A DNA stretch of 63,989 nucleotides, filler included, from Diploschistes diacapsis (GCA_023645945.1; 4 parts of 4 records of this genome joined end to end with filler, not necessarily neighbours in it); one strand, 5' to 3'; shown: positions 9,324 to 23,684, counted from the whole stretch's first letter. The notes: generated by a model from the sequence alone, not told the origin. A program made the numbers and translations.

Positions 9324-12300
9324 ATGCCTCCAAAACAAGCAACTTTAGGGTACGTTAGACAACCGCAACAGACTTTAGGGTGCGGCAAGTTTGGAAATAC
9401 CAAGGCACTAGGTGCTGACAACCAATCTGTATAGAAAGTTCTTTGGTATTGGCAATGGAGTGGAAGCGAAGAAGCAACAGTCAACGCTCGCGTTCCATTC
9501 TCCTCTCAAATCCGACAAGCAAGGCAAGAAAGCACGGAAAGGTGCAGGACCAAATGAGGAAGCTAAACAGGACGTTGTAGAAGAGACGAAGATGATTAAC
9601 GGCATTGGAGAAGATGAAGCATCATCGATGGAAGATGACGGAGGATGTGAGAATGTCAAAGCCGAAATCGAACAAGTTGGTATTGCAGGTCCCTGGAAGC
9701 TCTCTGGGCCAAACAAGGAACTGACCATACGCAGCGGACGAAGTGGAGGCGAAGTCAGAAATAATATCCTCACCGCCAAAGAGGAAAGCTCCACGAAGCC
9801 CTGACGAGGAAGATGAGGAGGACGAAGAACCAGTCCGAAAGCGTTCACGGAAAGGTCGCGCTTCGGAGAGTGTATCAGCTTCAACAGCAAAGAAAGTAAA
9901 GTACAGGAGAATCGTGATACCCAATCAAACCCAAGCTGCATCGAAGAATACATCTAAAAAAGGAGCTTCAACAGGAGCTGAAGACGTTCCATCAAAGAGT
10001 CCAAAGAAATCTTTAAAGAAGGAGCCATCTCCCTCACCTGAGCGGAAAGAGAAGTCGGAGAGCGAGCTTGAAGCCAGCGAAGATGATGAAGGCGACGAAG
10101 AAAAGACAGAGCCTATTGACAAAGCAAGAGAGACCATTCAGGCCACTCTGAAGGGCAGCGGGAAAGATCCATACCCAGATTGGAAACCAGGCGAACCGAC
10201 GCCTTATGCCGCTCTCTGTACGACATTCTCCCTCATAGAGATGACTACCAAAAGACTCCAAATAACGGCTCACTGCGCCTTGTTCTTGAGGCAAGTGTTG
10301 CGACTGACGCCCAGCGATCTCCTTCCCACCATCCACCTAATGACAAACAAGTTGGCAGCCGACTACGCCGGCATCGAGCTTGGAATTGGGGAATCGTTGA
10401 TCATGAAGGCTATCGGGGAAGCCACCGGTCGAAGTTTGGGTATCATCAAACAAGATCAGAACGAGATTGGTGATTTAGGACTTGTGGCTGCTAAGAGTCG
10501 TTCTACCCAGCCTACAATGTTCAAGCCCAAAGCTCTTACCGTGAAGGGGGTTTTTGACAGTCTCATGGGTATTGCTACCGTCCAGGGTAGTGGTTCCCAG
10601 CAGCGTAAGGTGGATGGTATCAAGAAGTTGCTCTCCGCTGCTGATGCGGCCCATGCTGGTAAGGGTAGCAAAGGAATCGACATCACCCAAGACAAGGGCG
10701 GGCCAAGCGAGGCTAAATTCATCGTACGAGCACTTGAAGGCAAGCTTCGACTTGGATTGGCGGAAAAGACCGTGCCTGTTGCTCTCGCCCAGGCCGTGGT
10801 CATCCACGAGAGTGAGCAGAAAAGCGGTAAACCTCCTGGGAGCGACAAGCTTGCCATGGGCGAAGAGATCATCAAGACAGTCTACAGGTGAGAAACGCCC
10901 ATCTTCCATCGGAGTTGACTAACAGCGATAGCGAACTTCCGAACTACGAAGTCATAATCCCAGCTATGATCCAGCACGGCATTTTCAATCTCAAGGAAAA
11001 CTGCAAGCTCGAACCCGGAGTTCCCCTCAAGCCCATGCTCGCCAAGCCGACCAAATCAATTACCGAAGTTCTCGACCGCTTCGAAGGCAAATCATTCACC
11101 TGCGAGTACAAGTACGATGGCGAACGCGCTCAGATCCACTATGTCGCCAAAGACTCTCCTCAGCAATACGGAGCCAACAACCCAGCGCTGAAGAAAGATG
11201 CAACGCCAAACGGCATATCAGCTATCTTCTCGCGTAATTCGGAAGATTTGTCCAAGAAATATCCGGACATCCTGGCTAAGCTACATAGCTGGATCAAGCC
11301 CGAGACAAAGAGCTTCGTGCTGGACTGCGAAACAGTAGCCTGGGATATTGTCGAGAAGAAAGTGCTACCCTTCCAGCAACTCATGACACGGAAACGCAAA
11401 GACGTCAAAGTTGAAGACGTAAAGGTCAAGGTCTGCGTCTTTGCCTTTGACCTACTCTTTCACAATGGCGAGGTAGGCCTGTCTCTAATCTTGGAACCCT
11501 CCTCTCGGCTTGCACCTTTTAATCTTTGCCTAACCGCACGCAAACCCCGCTCAATATCCCCCTTGCTCTGACCCCCCCGCTGATCCCTCTCCTGCTAGTC
11601 CATAACGAAAAGTTCCCTCCGCGACCGCCGTTCCATCCTGCACTCCTCCTTCACCCCCGTTGACGGTGAATTCTCATTTGCCCAACACGGCGACACTTCG
11701 GACATCGATTCCATTCAGACCCTGCTCGACGAGAGCGTCAAGGCCTCGTGCGAGGGGCTCATGGTTAAAATGCTCGACACGGGCGAGTCCGGATACGAGC
11801 CCTCAAAACGGAGCCGAAACTGGCTCAAAGTCAAGAAAGACTATCTGCAGGGCATAGGGGACAGCCTGGACCTCGTCGTTCTGGGCGCATACTACGGCAA
11901 GGGGAAACGCACCTCAGTCTACGGCGCGTTCCTGTTAGCCAGTTACAACGCGAACAAGGAGTGCTACGAGACGGTGTGCAACATCGGCACGGGCTTCTCG
12001 GAAACGGTGCTGGAGGAGCTCTACGCTGACCTGAGCCAGCTCGTGATCGAGAAGCCGAAGCCCTTTTACACGCACAGTGGTGTGCCGAAGGACCAGCCGG
12101 ACGTGTGGTTCGAGCCACGGCGCGTTTGGGAGGTCAAGTGTGCGGACTTGACGCTCTCGCCGCGGTACAAGGCTGGCGCTGATGATGTGGGTGGGGTCGG
12201 GAAGGGGGTCTCGCTGAGGTTTCCGAGGTATATGAAGGGAAGGCCGGATAAGACGCCGGAACAGGCGACGGGGAGCAGGCAGGTGGTGGAGATGTACAGG

Positions 12301-12360
12301 CAACAGGAGACGGTCGGTAAGAACAAGGGGCCGAGTGTGGACGATGACTTTGAGTACTGA
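9324..12360 (+). CDS. CDC9: DNA ligase I (ATP-dependent), multi-exon
   Basis: Spliced N-terminus MPPKQATLG/KFF (PIP box), active-site EYKYDGERAQ, EGLMVK, WLKVKKDY, SLRFPR and C-terminal DDDFEY. Confidence 0.95.
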
Positions 12361-13534
12361 GTAAGGGGGTGAAAATGGGGGAGAGGACGAAGGAATAGAA
12401 GGAGCAGAGAAGGTTGGTGTCCGGTGCCGGCAAATAGCTACAAAACAGAGTGCCGCTAGCTTTCCTGCCATCGCCGCGTTCACCTCCTCTGAACTATCTA
12501 GTAGCTATTTCAGCTTCATTGATATGCTCTGCTCTACGTGTGAATCCAATGGGCAACCACCATATCGGCATTAAAGAAAACATGATGCCCGGTCTAGTAC
12601 GAATAGTACTATTCGATCCCTGTTTATGGAGCTTTGCAGCAGCACGCTGCATAGTGCCTGCCCCCTTGAATCTCGAATCGATTCGGGATTCTGCTGACTT
12701 TGGTGCCATTTCATATGGGGCGGTCTAACAGTCCTGGTGTGGTGTGCATCAATCTTGACGGGAAGTGGGAAGGTGAGGTGGAAGGCTGGCTTTCGCTTTC
12801 GCTAGGGCTGGTATTTATGAAGACTTTGGTGTTTGAGCTGGCCCGGTATTTTAGGATCTTGCTCTTGTTTTCACGTTGGTGAATTTTCGGAGAAAGATCG
12901 AGCTGCTGCTGTATATTGTAAGATAAAGCGCAGAGGTAATAGCCGAGAGACAACGTGCTACGACTTGTGCTTAGCCATCTCATGCGGGCTCTGAGCGGTA
13001 ATCGCCTTTTATTCGCACGGGTACAGGTACAGGGCATCAAACAAACAATCGCGATATACATGATCGGTTCAACCGTCAGCAAGGCCATGGGCCAACAGTC
13101 CCAGAAATAGACAAGCAATGGTTTGTCTGCGGAGACCTCCCCGTCTCGTAACTCCTGTTCTCGTGAGCCGGCAGGAAAACATCAGCAATGCGGTCTCCAT
13201 CTAGAATCCTTTACGTGCAAGGCAGACGCTGTTCTTTGGAGTGTCTCTGCTTCCGGTAACAATAACAGTCCACCTGCCTGCCAAACACTGTCGGTGAGCT
13301 TTCCTAACACCTTAATCGGAGCAATCGAAGGCATATTTCATTCCTCCGGCTTAAGTATCTACTCATGTTTGTGCCACTCTCTCTTCGTGCAGTCTCAGTC
13401 TCAGCCTCTCTACGAAAATGGTTAGAGTACAAGTGAAGAAACTGATATAGAGTCACCGGATCACGTATCAACTGGTTGGCATCTCCCTCCTTCTCGAGTG
13501 TAGCAACCTCAACGGCTTTTTCTCGGCACTTAAC

Positions 13535-15609
13535 ATGGACGTCAACAAGGCAGACTGGCCTTATATGCTCCAACCGATGCTGACTGCCCTCTCAAACGCG
13601 CACTTTGTCTCAATCGACCTGGAGCTCTCGGGGATATCGAACAAGACCGCCAGGCTAAAAGAATCGAAAGAGGAAGATCTGACTCGCAAGCAGACCTTGC
13701 AAGAGCGATACACTGAGATGAAAGCAGCCGCAGAGAAGTACCAGGTACTACAAATGGGTATTACGACCGTCCGAGAAGATGTGGAGCGTGGTGTCTACAT
13801 TGCCCGTCCTTACAACATATACCTGAATCCAGTAGTTGGCGAGCGCCTGAACATCGACAGAATCTTTTCGTTCCAGAGTTCGGCTGTCGACTTTCTCATG
13901 ACTCACGGCTTCAGCATAGAAGGTCCCTTCTACAACGGCTTACCGTATCTCTCACGAGAAGAGGAGGCAACAGCTATCAAAGGAGAGAGAACGCGGCTCG
14001 ATAGAACTTCCGTCGCAGACATCCATCTCAATGAAAATGAAACCGAAGCACTGGACCTAGTTCGTACGGTCCGCCAGAAGGTCAAGAAGTGGCTGAAGCT
14101 GACGGTAAGACCAATGCTTGTCCTAGAAAGCTCGGCTCATCACATCGCTTAGTCTCGTCCAGATTTCCTTAATGTCGCGCCTGAGTCGTACCAAGTGGGA
14201 GAAGAAATGCAGCGCGGCTTCAGTCCATTCCATCGCCGACTCATTCACCAGTTGATACGAGCCGAGCACCCTGAACTAGTTTCTGTACCCATGCCTGGCT
14301 TCATCCAGATCAAATTCCTGGACCCAAAACAAGAGGAGAATGTCCTGAATGCCAGATTAGAAGCGTTCAATGAGAAAGTTCGAAGACAGGTTGGCCTACG
14401 CTGGTTTGTCGAGGGCATGGTCGGCGGCAGCCTCAACCAGATTGACCCAACCACGTTCGTCCGCACCGTTAACGGCCGTCCGGTGTGGTACGACAAGAAA
14501 AAACTTGGGGAAGACTTTGCTGCTCTTCGGCAGCGTGTGGTCCGACATCGCACCGTCCTGGTGGGACACAACATGTTTACGGACCTTCTCAACTTCTATC
14601 GCTGCTTCTTCGGCACGCTACCTGAAGACTTGCGAGAGTTCAAGCGCAAAATCCATGAGCTTTTCCCGCTCATTATCGATACAAAGTACCTTGCAACTCA
14701 TTTCAAGAACAGTAGCGATACAAGGTCAGGTCTTGAAGAACTTGACTGCGACTTGGCTGGCATGCCTGTCCCTGTCATGGGTGAGTGCGAGACAGGTATC
14801 TTCTTGGTCATGCTAATTGCACCATAGAATGTCATCCCCATCACCAGCGCTACATGAACGATCGACCTTCCCACGAAGCGGGCTATGATAGCTATATGAC
14901 TGCTCGAGTAGCCATCCGCATCTCTGCCAAGCTTGAAGCCCTGGGTTACTACGTCGAGAACAAAGTAGACCCAAATGCCTGGGATAAGTGGGCACCAGGG
15001 ACGGAGAAGATGCAGTCCTCCTTGGAAGAGGATTTTCGCGTTCCCAAGAGGTATCAGAATTTCCTTCAAGATGCGCCCGAGCCAAGAGCGCCACAGTCGG
15101 ATGCCCAGTTTGACCTTCTCGATTCTCTTGAAGCTACAGATCCGGCACCTGTCGCGGCATTCAAAGTCTCCAGGGACCAAGATCATAACAGTTGGCGTCA
15201 AGCTTCGGCTATACGGGAAACTCTGGCAGGAAGCTCGAACCGGTCCTCCCCCACCCGGGCGAGCGAGAGCCTAAAAGAGCTCGTCCAGGATGGCTTGGCC
15301 TCGAGCGATCTTGCTTCAGGTGCGTTTGAGGAGCCTCGGATCCAAATGCACAGCCCCGATGCTCGAGAAACCGCCACGGAAATGTTGGGGGCGACATCAC
15401 AGCGCACGCAAGCGCAGAAGCCAAAGCAGGACGCCCGGATAGCACGGGGAACGTTCGTTGACAAGAAGCCTGTGGCAGGGATACAGAAAAAAGAATTGGT
15501 GATACCGACCTTCATGCCCCACTTTGCGAATGACTTTTGGCGCGTATACGGTAACAAGTTAAGGGTTAACGGCACGGTCGAGGAGGTTTGCGATCTCAAT
15601 GGAGCGTAG
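13535..15609 (+). CDS. CAF1-family / PARN-like poly(A)-specific ribonuclease (3 exons)
   Basis: DEDD motifs SIDLELSG, VGHNMFTDL, IIDTKYLA and HEAGYDSYMT across ORFs 13535-14152, 14195-14827 and 14785-15609. Confidence 0.88.
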
Positions 15610-16196
15610 GTCGTGCTATGTGGTGGACGAGGAGGCGAAAATGTAAAGAGTAAGCTCGCGCATTGATTGTGTACGATATAGGAGCGGTTCTACGGTTGAG
15701 AACTGAGCTTGTGTGTATTGATACCGAAAGTATGTTACCTTGGATTGGTGTAGAGGAGTAGCACCAAAGTAGCAACAAGTCGGTCAGATTCTGCTACCAC
15801 TGGTGACACGAAGACATGAACACTACCCATGGGAAAGATGCCATATTGAACTTGGTTTGCGCTTAGCTTCGATTTGAACAAGGTCCGTTGTCGCGATGGA
15901 ATGTGTGCATGCTCACTGTTACTCGTGCTATCACGGACCCGTCAAAGGGGAATGAAGATAAAGCCGAATCGCCCCTTTTCCAGAGAGGAAATTTCCAAGT
16001 CCCTTGGCGCCGCCAAGCCAAATTGATAAGGCCATTTCAAAAACGATGATCTCATATCCTCCAAACCTTTCAACCACGTGAAGCAGATACATTGATCCAA
16101 ACAAGATTTTATATATCATGAGCAATAGCCAGTAATGTAGCCACTTCCTCTCCCAACGACTACAACATCTAAAAGCACACCTCGCAGCTCATTTCA

Positions 16197-16946
16197 ATGG
16201 CAACAATGTCGGCCCCGCAGCCTTCCTCCCCCTCTCCCTCTTCTTCCGCCTCACAGCCCGCCAACGCCCACGACAACTCCGACACAAACACAGACACCAA
16301 CATCCTCGGCGCCCTCGTCTTCATCTCCTACATCCTCGCCGCCCTTCTCCTCACCTCCCGCATCACCCAGCACCTCTGGCGCACCTACACCTCCCTCCCG
16401 CTCTCCACCCNNNNNNNNNNNNNNNNNNNNNNNNNNNNNNNNNNNNNNNNNNNNTTAATTAATTAANNNNNNNNNNNNNNNNNNNNNNNNNNNNNNNNNN
16501 NNNNNNNNNNGGGCAGGGTGATGGAGATGGGGGCTTGGATTGGGGTGATGATGGTGGCGGTGGTAGTGGTTTTGGCAGCGGACGGGGAGGCAGCGGCTCC
16601 GCTACTACTGTTACTGGGCGTGGGCGCTTGGGCTGTTGCTCTTGCTGGCACAGGGGTGCCGTTGGAGACGTGGAAGGGGTGCTCGAAGTCGCAGGAGGCC
16701 AGGCTGGGGAAGCGCCTTGCGCAGTTGTTGCAGACGGGCCGTCGCTCGTCACACTACGCCGTGTCAGATGGATGTCGCTTGCCAGGTCCCTTCTCACAAC
16801 AGACTTTCACCTTGCGCAATTTGCACGTGCGGCAGCCGGTGCGCGACTTTGTATGGCTCCGCTTGCTGGACATCTCATGTGCCTACTTCGAAGGATATGG
16901 GTCTATGCTGCTGCACCGTCGATGCGCGCTGGGTGACATGCAATAG
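16197..16946 (+). CDS. Hypothetical multi-pass membrane protein interrupted by an assembly gap (3' end uncertain)
   Basis: ATG in good context. TM segment NILGALVFISYILAALLLT before the gap and hydrophobic segments after it. Confidence 0.4.
16411..16510. other. Artificial scaffold gap linker (N45-TTAATTAATTAA-N43)
   Basis: An identical 100-nt construct occurs three times. TTAATTAATTAA is a six-frame stop spacer. Confidence 0.95.
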
Positions 16947-17493
16947 GGGAATAAGATCTATGCTGTACAAGACAGGGTTCGTGTTCGACAATCATATATC
17001 CATTCCAACGCCTCTAGAAGATACACAAGAGTTGACATCGTTTCTTGTGGCGACTGCATCTAGTGACGCCGTCTTTGCAATCTCGGAATGTCATATCTCA
17101 ATACCTTCGCAAATATTTTCTAGTTAGGCCCGCAGCGAAGTCCCTTAACCTGTCCGTAGCTGAGGGGGCCATGAACGAATGAGGTTGGTGACTGCGCCAC
17201 ATCTTCACCATGCGCCTCTTCCGTGCAGACCATATCAGCCATCGTGGCGCATACTTTACCCCTATCCCTACCTTTTGCCAGTTGAGGATGCTACGAAATG
17301 ATAGTTTCACTACTACATAGGTAGTTTAGACACAGAAAGGTTAAAAAGGTAGAGTATAAATCGGTTAGTGATAATCCTTCTTCGCGGGATGTCTAGTTAC
17401 ATATGGCTCATTCACAATTTGCATTGTATCCGGTATTATTAATCTATACAAGGCCTCGATATATCAACAGCAACTCCTGTCAAGCCCAAAGTT

Positions 17494-19520
17494 TCAAAGC
17501 TTGACGCTCCTCACTAACCCACTCTTGATCCCGGTCGTCTCCCCTTTGTACCCTCCCCTTCCCTCACCACCCTTGTAAATCTTCCTTATGCTTCCCAATT
17601 TCTTCATTTTGTCTTCATATCTTTTTCTCTTCTTGACACGCGGGTTCCTAACCTCCTTCTTTCTTCGGGGCGTCAGTCCCTTGTTCTTCTGGATCGCATA
17701 GCTAATAGCCCTCTTCCCGTCCGGACCGACTTCCTCGACCTCTCTGACTTCTGCCCCACGCTGGGAAGCAGCGAGACGGAGCGCTTCGCGACGAGCAGCT
17801 TTGTCGGCCTTCTTTGCAGCGGTGGCTGACGCGATAGATTGGTAGTAATCTTCACCGTCAACATCACCGTTGGCGCCATTGCGAAGCTCGGCAGCCACCC
17901 TGGCATCGTCTTCGTCACTTGAATCACCAAGAACATCCGCCTCCTTCTTGCCGCGTGCTTCAGCCTCAGCATTAAGTCGTGCTTGGCGATCCTTGAAGCG
18001 CTCGCGGTAAGGAATATCAGTGTCACCGCCCGCGTCACGGCTGGCGACGGAACGCTTGTTAGACTTTTGGGCGATTTGGGAGGCGTAGAATTGGAGAGAC
18101 TTCTTGCGACGGGTGGATGACAAGTTGCCGACAGTGACGGGAACATCGCCGAAATCATGGTCAGAGTTGTCATCTGCCGGCCTTTGAATACTAGCGTTGG
18201 GCGCTTGTGATGGAGAATCAGCAGCGACATCGCGGGATATTGTCTGAGAGATCTTGTCCAAATTGGCCTCTGATTTTCGAAGGCGCTCAGCACGACGGGC
18301 CGCTACTGCGGTGAGAGCTTCCTCTGCGGCTTTTTGGGCCTTGGATTTGCGAGGCTTTTTCTTCTTGGCCTTTTCGTTATCATGCGGTGTCGAGGTAGCC
18401 CCATTGGTTCTTTCGACTGCTTCTGGGGCTAGATCGCCTTCGCTACTAACCTCGGCCTCCTCAGTCGGCTCAACGACCTTCAGGTCCTTGACTTGATGCC
18501 ATACCGTCCGCGTCCGCATCAAACTTTCCATGATTGAGTGGTTGCGCATTTCTGCCGGCACCTTCGAAGTACGGTTTCCCGCGGGGTCGAATGGGCCGGA
18601 AGTGAGAATAGCAAAGTACATCGACAGAGCAGCGAGGTAGGTGCCTAGTGCTGTCCAGCGGAGGACGGCGCTAGACCTATGAGCATTTACAACTCCACTC
18701 CTTGCTTGGCGTTGCTCAAGTAGCCTCTGAGCAGCTAGGGCATCAAGACGGGTCTGGTCGTACTCACTTTGAAAGTTCAAGAATTCTTGCGACAACGGCC
18801 CAAACTCGGGGTATCTTGCGGCCATGATCTCGTTACGCTCGTGAATTGACATATCATCCGTAATTTCAATTTGCGGAAGCACTTCTTGCAAAACGCGGTC
18901 CTCGTCACTGTCTTCCTCTTGATCAGCCTTTGCGGAGTCCAGCCACTCGTTCTCGTCGAAGCCAAAGTCTGCCTCCGTCATTCCTTGTAACTGTTTTCTC
19001 TGGAGACGCAAGGCCTCTTCCTCTTCTTCCAATGCATCAGCTTCTGTCTCAATAACGTCCGCATCATAATAGTTTTTTCTTGAAGTGCCCCAACCCTCTT
19101 TATCTACTTGCTCCTCTGGATCGGGCTCGACATCGGAGTCTCCCAGAACCTCTCCACTCCCATTGGCTCCAATATCTTCGCCATCACTAACCTCCTCATC
19201 GAGCTCGGAACCAGATGGACTTGAAGGCAGCGCTAGGACTTCCTCTTCAGATTGCTGCAGGAACTCATCTATTCACTGTCAGTTCGTATCCTGGTATTTG
19301 CCACAAGCGTAACCATAAGCTTACCTTCCTCCTCAAGCTGCCTCATTCGCTTCCTTGCCGGGCCCTCCTCGAGTAGAATCTTGTCCTGGGCGATGTGGAA
19401 CTCATCATCGGAATTGGCGACATCCTCATAGGAGTTGATAAGGAGCTTGGTGTTCCCCTCTTCAAGACTGGTTTTACTTGCATCGCCTGTGCCACGCCTG
19501 CTTTTGCGTTTCATTCCCAT
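17494..19520 (-). CDS. SAS10: U3 snoRNP/SSU processome protein Sas10/Utp3
   Basis: N-terminal exon MGMKRKSRR...DEFHIAQDKILL. C-terminal Sas10 domain KRAISYAIQKNKGLTP.RKKEVRNPRVKKR...YKGETTGIK..LVRSVKL. Confidence 0.92.
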
Positions 19521-19887
19521 ATTAATCTATGCTTGATTGGCTCTTCCGTTCACTCATGAAATGTAATAGACGCCGCAAAAAGTCACCCTCGGAATTTGCA
19601 GAGTGGGAAGTGACTGCTCGGGTCGGAAGAGCATTCCGGGCTTGGCACAGTATATACCCCATAAAACATACTTTACGCCTTCTATGGCTTACTGAGCTCG
19701 CCTGGAAGGTAGTCTTCGTGGCATTACTGGACTGGTATTCGTTGTTGATCCCACGAGATGGGAAAAGGAAGTGTTCCCTCCAACAAATGTTTCAAATTCT
19801 CCTAGTCCATTCATCGCTCTATGTATGCATCTTCCTTGTATGAACTTTTACTTGCTTAGATATCAACTTCGAGAGTCTCTGTGAACA

Positions 19888-21051
19888 ATGATGGATGATA
19901 TGCATCATCTTCCGGCCCTCCCTCTTCCCAAAGGGTTAGAGTCATCGTACGTTGACTGCACAGAATCCTGCGGCCTAAGATTTCATATCCTCGAAGCCGG
20001 CAAAGGCGGACCCGACCGACCACTCCTACTCTTCGTACATGGCTTTCCCGAAATTGCATACTCGTGGCGCAAGCTACTTCCAAGATTTGCTGACGAAGGC
20101 TACTACGCCGTTGCCCTGGATCAAAGAGGGTATGGCAGGACGACGGGATGGGACCGTCGGCCGTATGCAGATGTCGACATGACACAGTTTCGATACACTC
20201 AGCTCGTTCGGGACCTCCTGTGTCTAGTAAACCGGCTTGGCAGGAAACACGTTGATTGTATAATTGGGCACGACTTCGGTAGTATCACGGTAGCTATGAG
20301 CGCCTTAATGAGGCCCGATTTCTTTAAGGCATGCGTGATCATGAGCCACCCTTTCGATGGTGTACCCAGTCTGCCCTCTGAAGATCCGAAGGATACTCCC
20401 GTTAAATCTAACACTGATGCCGACATTGAGAATTCTCTAGCCCAGCTGGGACGCAAGCACTACAAATGGTCCAACTCCTCGCCGCAAGCCGCCGCCCACT
20501 GGGAGCAATCAGCTCAAGGCCTTACCGATTTCCTGCGAGGCTATATTTACCTCAAATCCGCCAAAGACCCGCGCAACAAGCCAAAACCACTAGCCGCGTG
20601 GACTGCCTCAGAGCTTGCCCAGATGCCGCACTACTACATCCAGAAGCTCCATCTAAGCATGGCCGAAACCGTTGCCGAAGACACCCAAGGGCAGGACGTA
20701 TCCTCTACGCAATCCTTCCTTTCGGACGCAGAGCTTGTCGTCTACGTTGGCGAATGGCAGCGGACGGGCTTCCAGGGTGCCCTCAACTGGTACCGCAGCG
20801 GCACGAGCCCGAGCAACAACCGCGAGCTGATCCTCTTCGCGGGACGCAAGATCGAGTGCCCAACCACTTTCATCTCCGGGAAGGCTGACTGGGGAAACTT
20901 TCAGAAACCGGGGGCGCTCGAAGGAATGTCTGCTGCTTGTGCCGACTTTAGAGGCGTGCACTTCGTTAGGGAGGCAGGGCATTGGCCGCAGCAGGAGCAG
21001 CCGGATGAGGTCTTCATGCTTATCTGCAACTTTATAAGGGGGCTGCAGTGA
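19888..21051 (+). CDS. Alpha/beta-fold epoxide hydrolase-like protein
   Basis: HGFPE oxyanion motif, DQRGYG, nucleophile GHDFG, ALNWYR and catalytic AGHWPQQE. Confidence 0.9.
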   Translation: MMDDMHHLPALPLPKGLESSYVDCTESCGLRFHILEAGKGGPDRPLLLFVHGFPEIAYSWRKLLPRFADEGYYAVALDQRGYGRTTGWDRRPYADVDMTQFRYTQLVRDLLCLVNRLGRKHVDCIIGHDFGSITVAMSALMRPDFFKACVIMSHPFDGVPSLPSEDPKDTPVKSNTDADIENSLAQLGRKHYKWSNSSPQAAAHWEQSAQGLTDFLRGYIYLKSAKDPRNKPKPLAAWTASELAQMPHYYIQKLHLSMAETVAEDTQGQDVSSTQSFLSDAELVVYVGEWQRTGFQGALNWYRSGTSPSNNRELILFAGRKIECPTTFISGKADWGNFQKPGALEGMSAACADFRGVHFVREAGHWPQQEQPDEVFMLICNFIRGLQ

Positions 21052-21905
21052 CCTCGTCTGCTGTGCGAATCTCATTGGTACGGTGTGAAAGAAGGGAAGT
21101 CTAGCTCGCGGCACTGCCTGTATCCGACGTTCGAAGTTATCGTTCTTCGCTGCTAAGTCAGTTTCCAGGAAATGCAAAAATATTGCGATGAGGCAATAAC
21201 TTGCATGTCTCCGCGCTTCGCTGTGCAGTCGATTTTTATGCCAGTTGTGTACCCTGCAACACAAACACATTAAGAGCGAAGGGGCACCTGCCAGGGGAAA
21301 GTCTTCGATGTCGTTGATTCTCGGCAGAGAGCTCACCAAAGGGTGACTTGCTAGTCGCTAGTTGGTCGTGGACCACGAGACTACATGTAGGAATAACATG
21401 TCAGGTTCAGCAGCACGAGAGTCAAAATTCTAGCTAGGGCCCGAGGGTGCTACCAATGACGGCTCTTGATAACACTTCTGGTGTGTGCGAGGCTGGGGGA
21501 TGGAGATATGGCCTCTTGGGTTAATTAGGTCCTGGTTGACTTTTACTGGTATCTTGTCCGGTGAGCAATGAGGGATAGCGTGCTGGGTCGTAAGAAGTGT
21601 ACAGCACGTGCACAATACAGCTCCTACATTATGCTAAGACAATAAGGTTGGAAGACAGACAATGTGGGAGGAGGTATGAGATTGGGCGAACAATGCTTCT
21701 CGTCCCTCCCAGCTCCCTAATGCAGAAATATCTGAGCTGCGATGATCAATTTCCCCCTTCCATAGCGACGGATCTCACTGCCAAATCAAGTAGCAGACTA
21801 AAACACCATGCCATGCATGCACGTAAACCACGCTTAAAACGCCGATGGCGATACCCAGAAGCTTCCACCCGCTCTAACAGCCACCCATATCACGCGTCAT
21901 ACCTA

Positions 21906-23684
21906 CTAACCTTCCAAGTAAAGCTTGTGCTCCTTAACAAAAACATCTTTCAACAGCGCCACCGACCTCGCCGCCACATGCCCCCTCACCGCAACTCTCT
22001 CCGGGAAAACGACCACCGCCAGCCTCAGCGCCGCTTTGCCCCCTGTCCCCCAAAACTCCAGGATACGCTGCACATTGAACTCCACCAGCGCCTTGAGCAC
22101 GTAGAAGTGCGTCGGCGTCGCCCGCTCGGGGGGCACGTTCACGATGCTTGCCAGCGCGCGCCAAAAGTGCCATGTCGGTAGGGGATTCTTGAGGCGCGAG
22201 TTGGCGAAGGTGCGGAGCGTCAGGGCGGCAAAGCCGGCGCCCAGGCCGGTCATGCGCTCGGCCTGGCGCTGCGCGGAGACGAAGGTGCCGTCCTCTTCGA
22301 CGTGCCAGCCCAGGCGCTTTTTGCCGGCCGCGCTTGATTCGTCGCCGAAGATGCCGAAGAGGACGGGACACTTGGCGTGGAACTTGGCGAGCAGGATGTC
22401 GACGAGGGGGATGGAGTTCCAGTGGAACTCGGGCGTTGCGAAGACGGAGGTGCCGATGATGCCGACTGGGTCGGCGAGTTTGGGGGAGACGGAGGCTTCG
22501 GAGAGGAATTGGGAGATGAGGGCTTTTGAGAAGATGTTGAGAAGGTAGAGGAGGAGGGCGCAAGCGTTCGGGTTGGCGGGGTTTGGTGGCGGTTGGGCGA
22601 GGAAGTCGAGGATGTTGACGGTTGGGTGGGGTTGGGAAAGGGCGGATTGGAGAAGGGCTTTGACTGCGCGCATCTGCATGTTTTGTTAGCGGCTGCGATG
22701 TTGATGGCCTTTTGCGGCAAGTGGTAATGAGGGGAAGCTATTGGGGAAAGGACAGGACCAGTGACCTACAGGTTCCGTGTTCTTCTTGGTGTCGCCGGTT
22801 AGTTGCCCGACGCGCTTGCGAATCTCGCGCCTCGACTCGCCCATTTGCTTCTTCAGGGTTGGGTTTCGCTTGGCTTCGTCGTTCATAAATTTGCGCATTT
22901 TCTTAAGGTTTTGGTGGACCTCGAGGTAGCGCTTGTGCTCTGACTCTCTTCCGGGATTCATTGGTTGTGAGGTTGGAGCTGATTTGACAGGCTGTGTTGC
23001 GGGTGCTGCAGAGATGGAAGGACTTGCTGATACCCTCGCATTGATAGCTGCCTGTGCTCGAGCTTTGGCTGCATTTTTAGCATCCGCCTTTGCCTTTGCT
23101 TCGGCCTCGGCTGCGTTTTTCTGGGTTTCCCTCCTCGCCGTTGCCGCCCGAGCCTCGTCTGCCTCTCGTTTCACTCGGTCGACTCGCGCTTTTTCCACCA
23201 CCGCATCTTTAGCTCTTTGAGCTGCAGCCCGCGTCTCCCGTTCTTCTGCAGCGGCCCTTTCCGCGGCTTCTCTAGCCTGCAAGGCCTGTGTCCTCTCTTT
23301 TTCGATCGCAAGCTGTCTCTGCGCCGCTTCTTGTCTGAGCTGTTCGACCTCTCTCAATTGCTGCTGGTGCTCTATCTCGCGCTGCAACTGTTGCTCCACC
23401 AATACACGCTCTTTGACTAGCTCCGCTTCGCGTCGGACTTTGTCATGCTCAGCAGCTGCTGCTGCCAATGCTTCTTGGTGAGCGGCATCTTGCTCGCTAC
23501 GGTGTCTGTCGAGCCGCTCTTCGAAGTTCCGCTGTTCATTTATCTGTAAATAAGACAGTTCACGTATGAGCTGCCTTGGGTTGTGTCTTAACGTTAAGAG
23601 CATTGTGATTGGCTGACGCTGGTGAATAGAGCTATGAAAGGAGGAAGACCTCCCGCTAGGGACGCTGTTGTAGTAGTTTACCAT
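21906..23684 (-). CDS. GLE1: mRNA export factor Gle1 (start codon uncertain)
   Basis: Coiled-coil N-terminal half (ORF 22686-23684) spliced to a helical domain with AKFHAKCPVLFG and ERMTGLGAGFAA, typical of fungal Gle1. Confidence 0.8.

Noticed and set aside
16456..16467. TTAATTAATTAA palindrome recurring at about 16456, 32917 and 49338
   Set aside because: It is always embedded in identical N-runs, so it is an artificial contig-joining linker rather than biology.
13535..21051. Epoxide hydrolase and neighbours as a secondary-metabolite cluster
   Set aside because: The neighbours are housekeeping genes (PARN-like, SAS10, GLE1) and no backbone enzyme is present.
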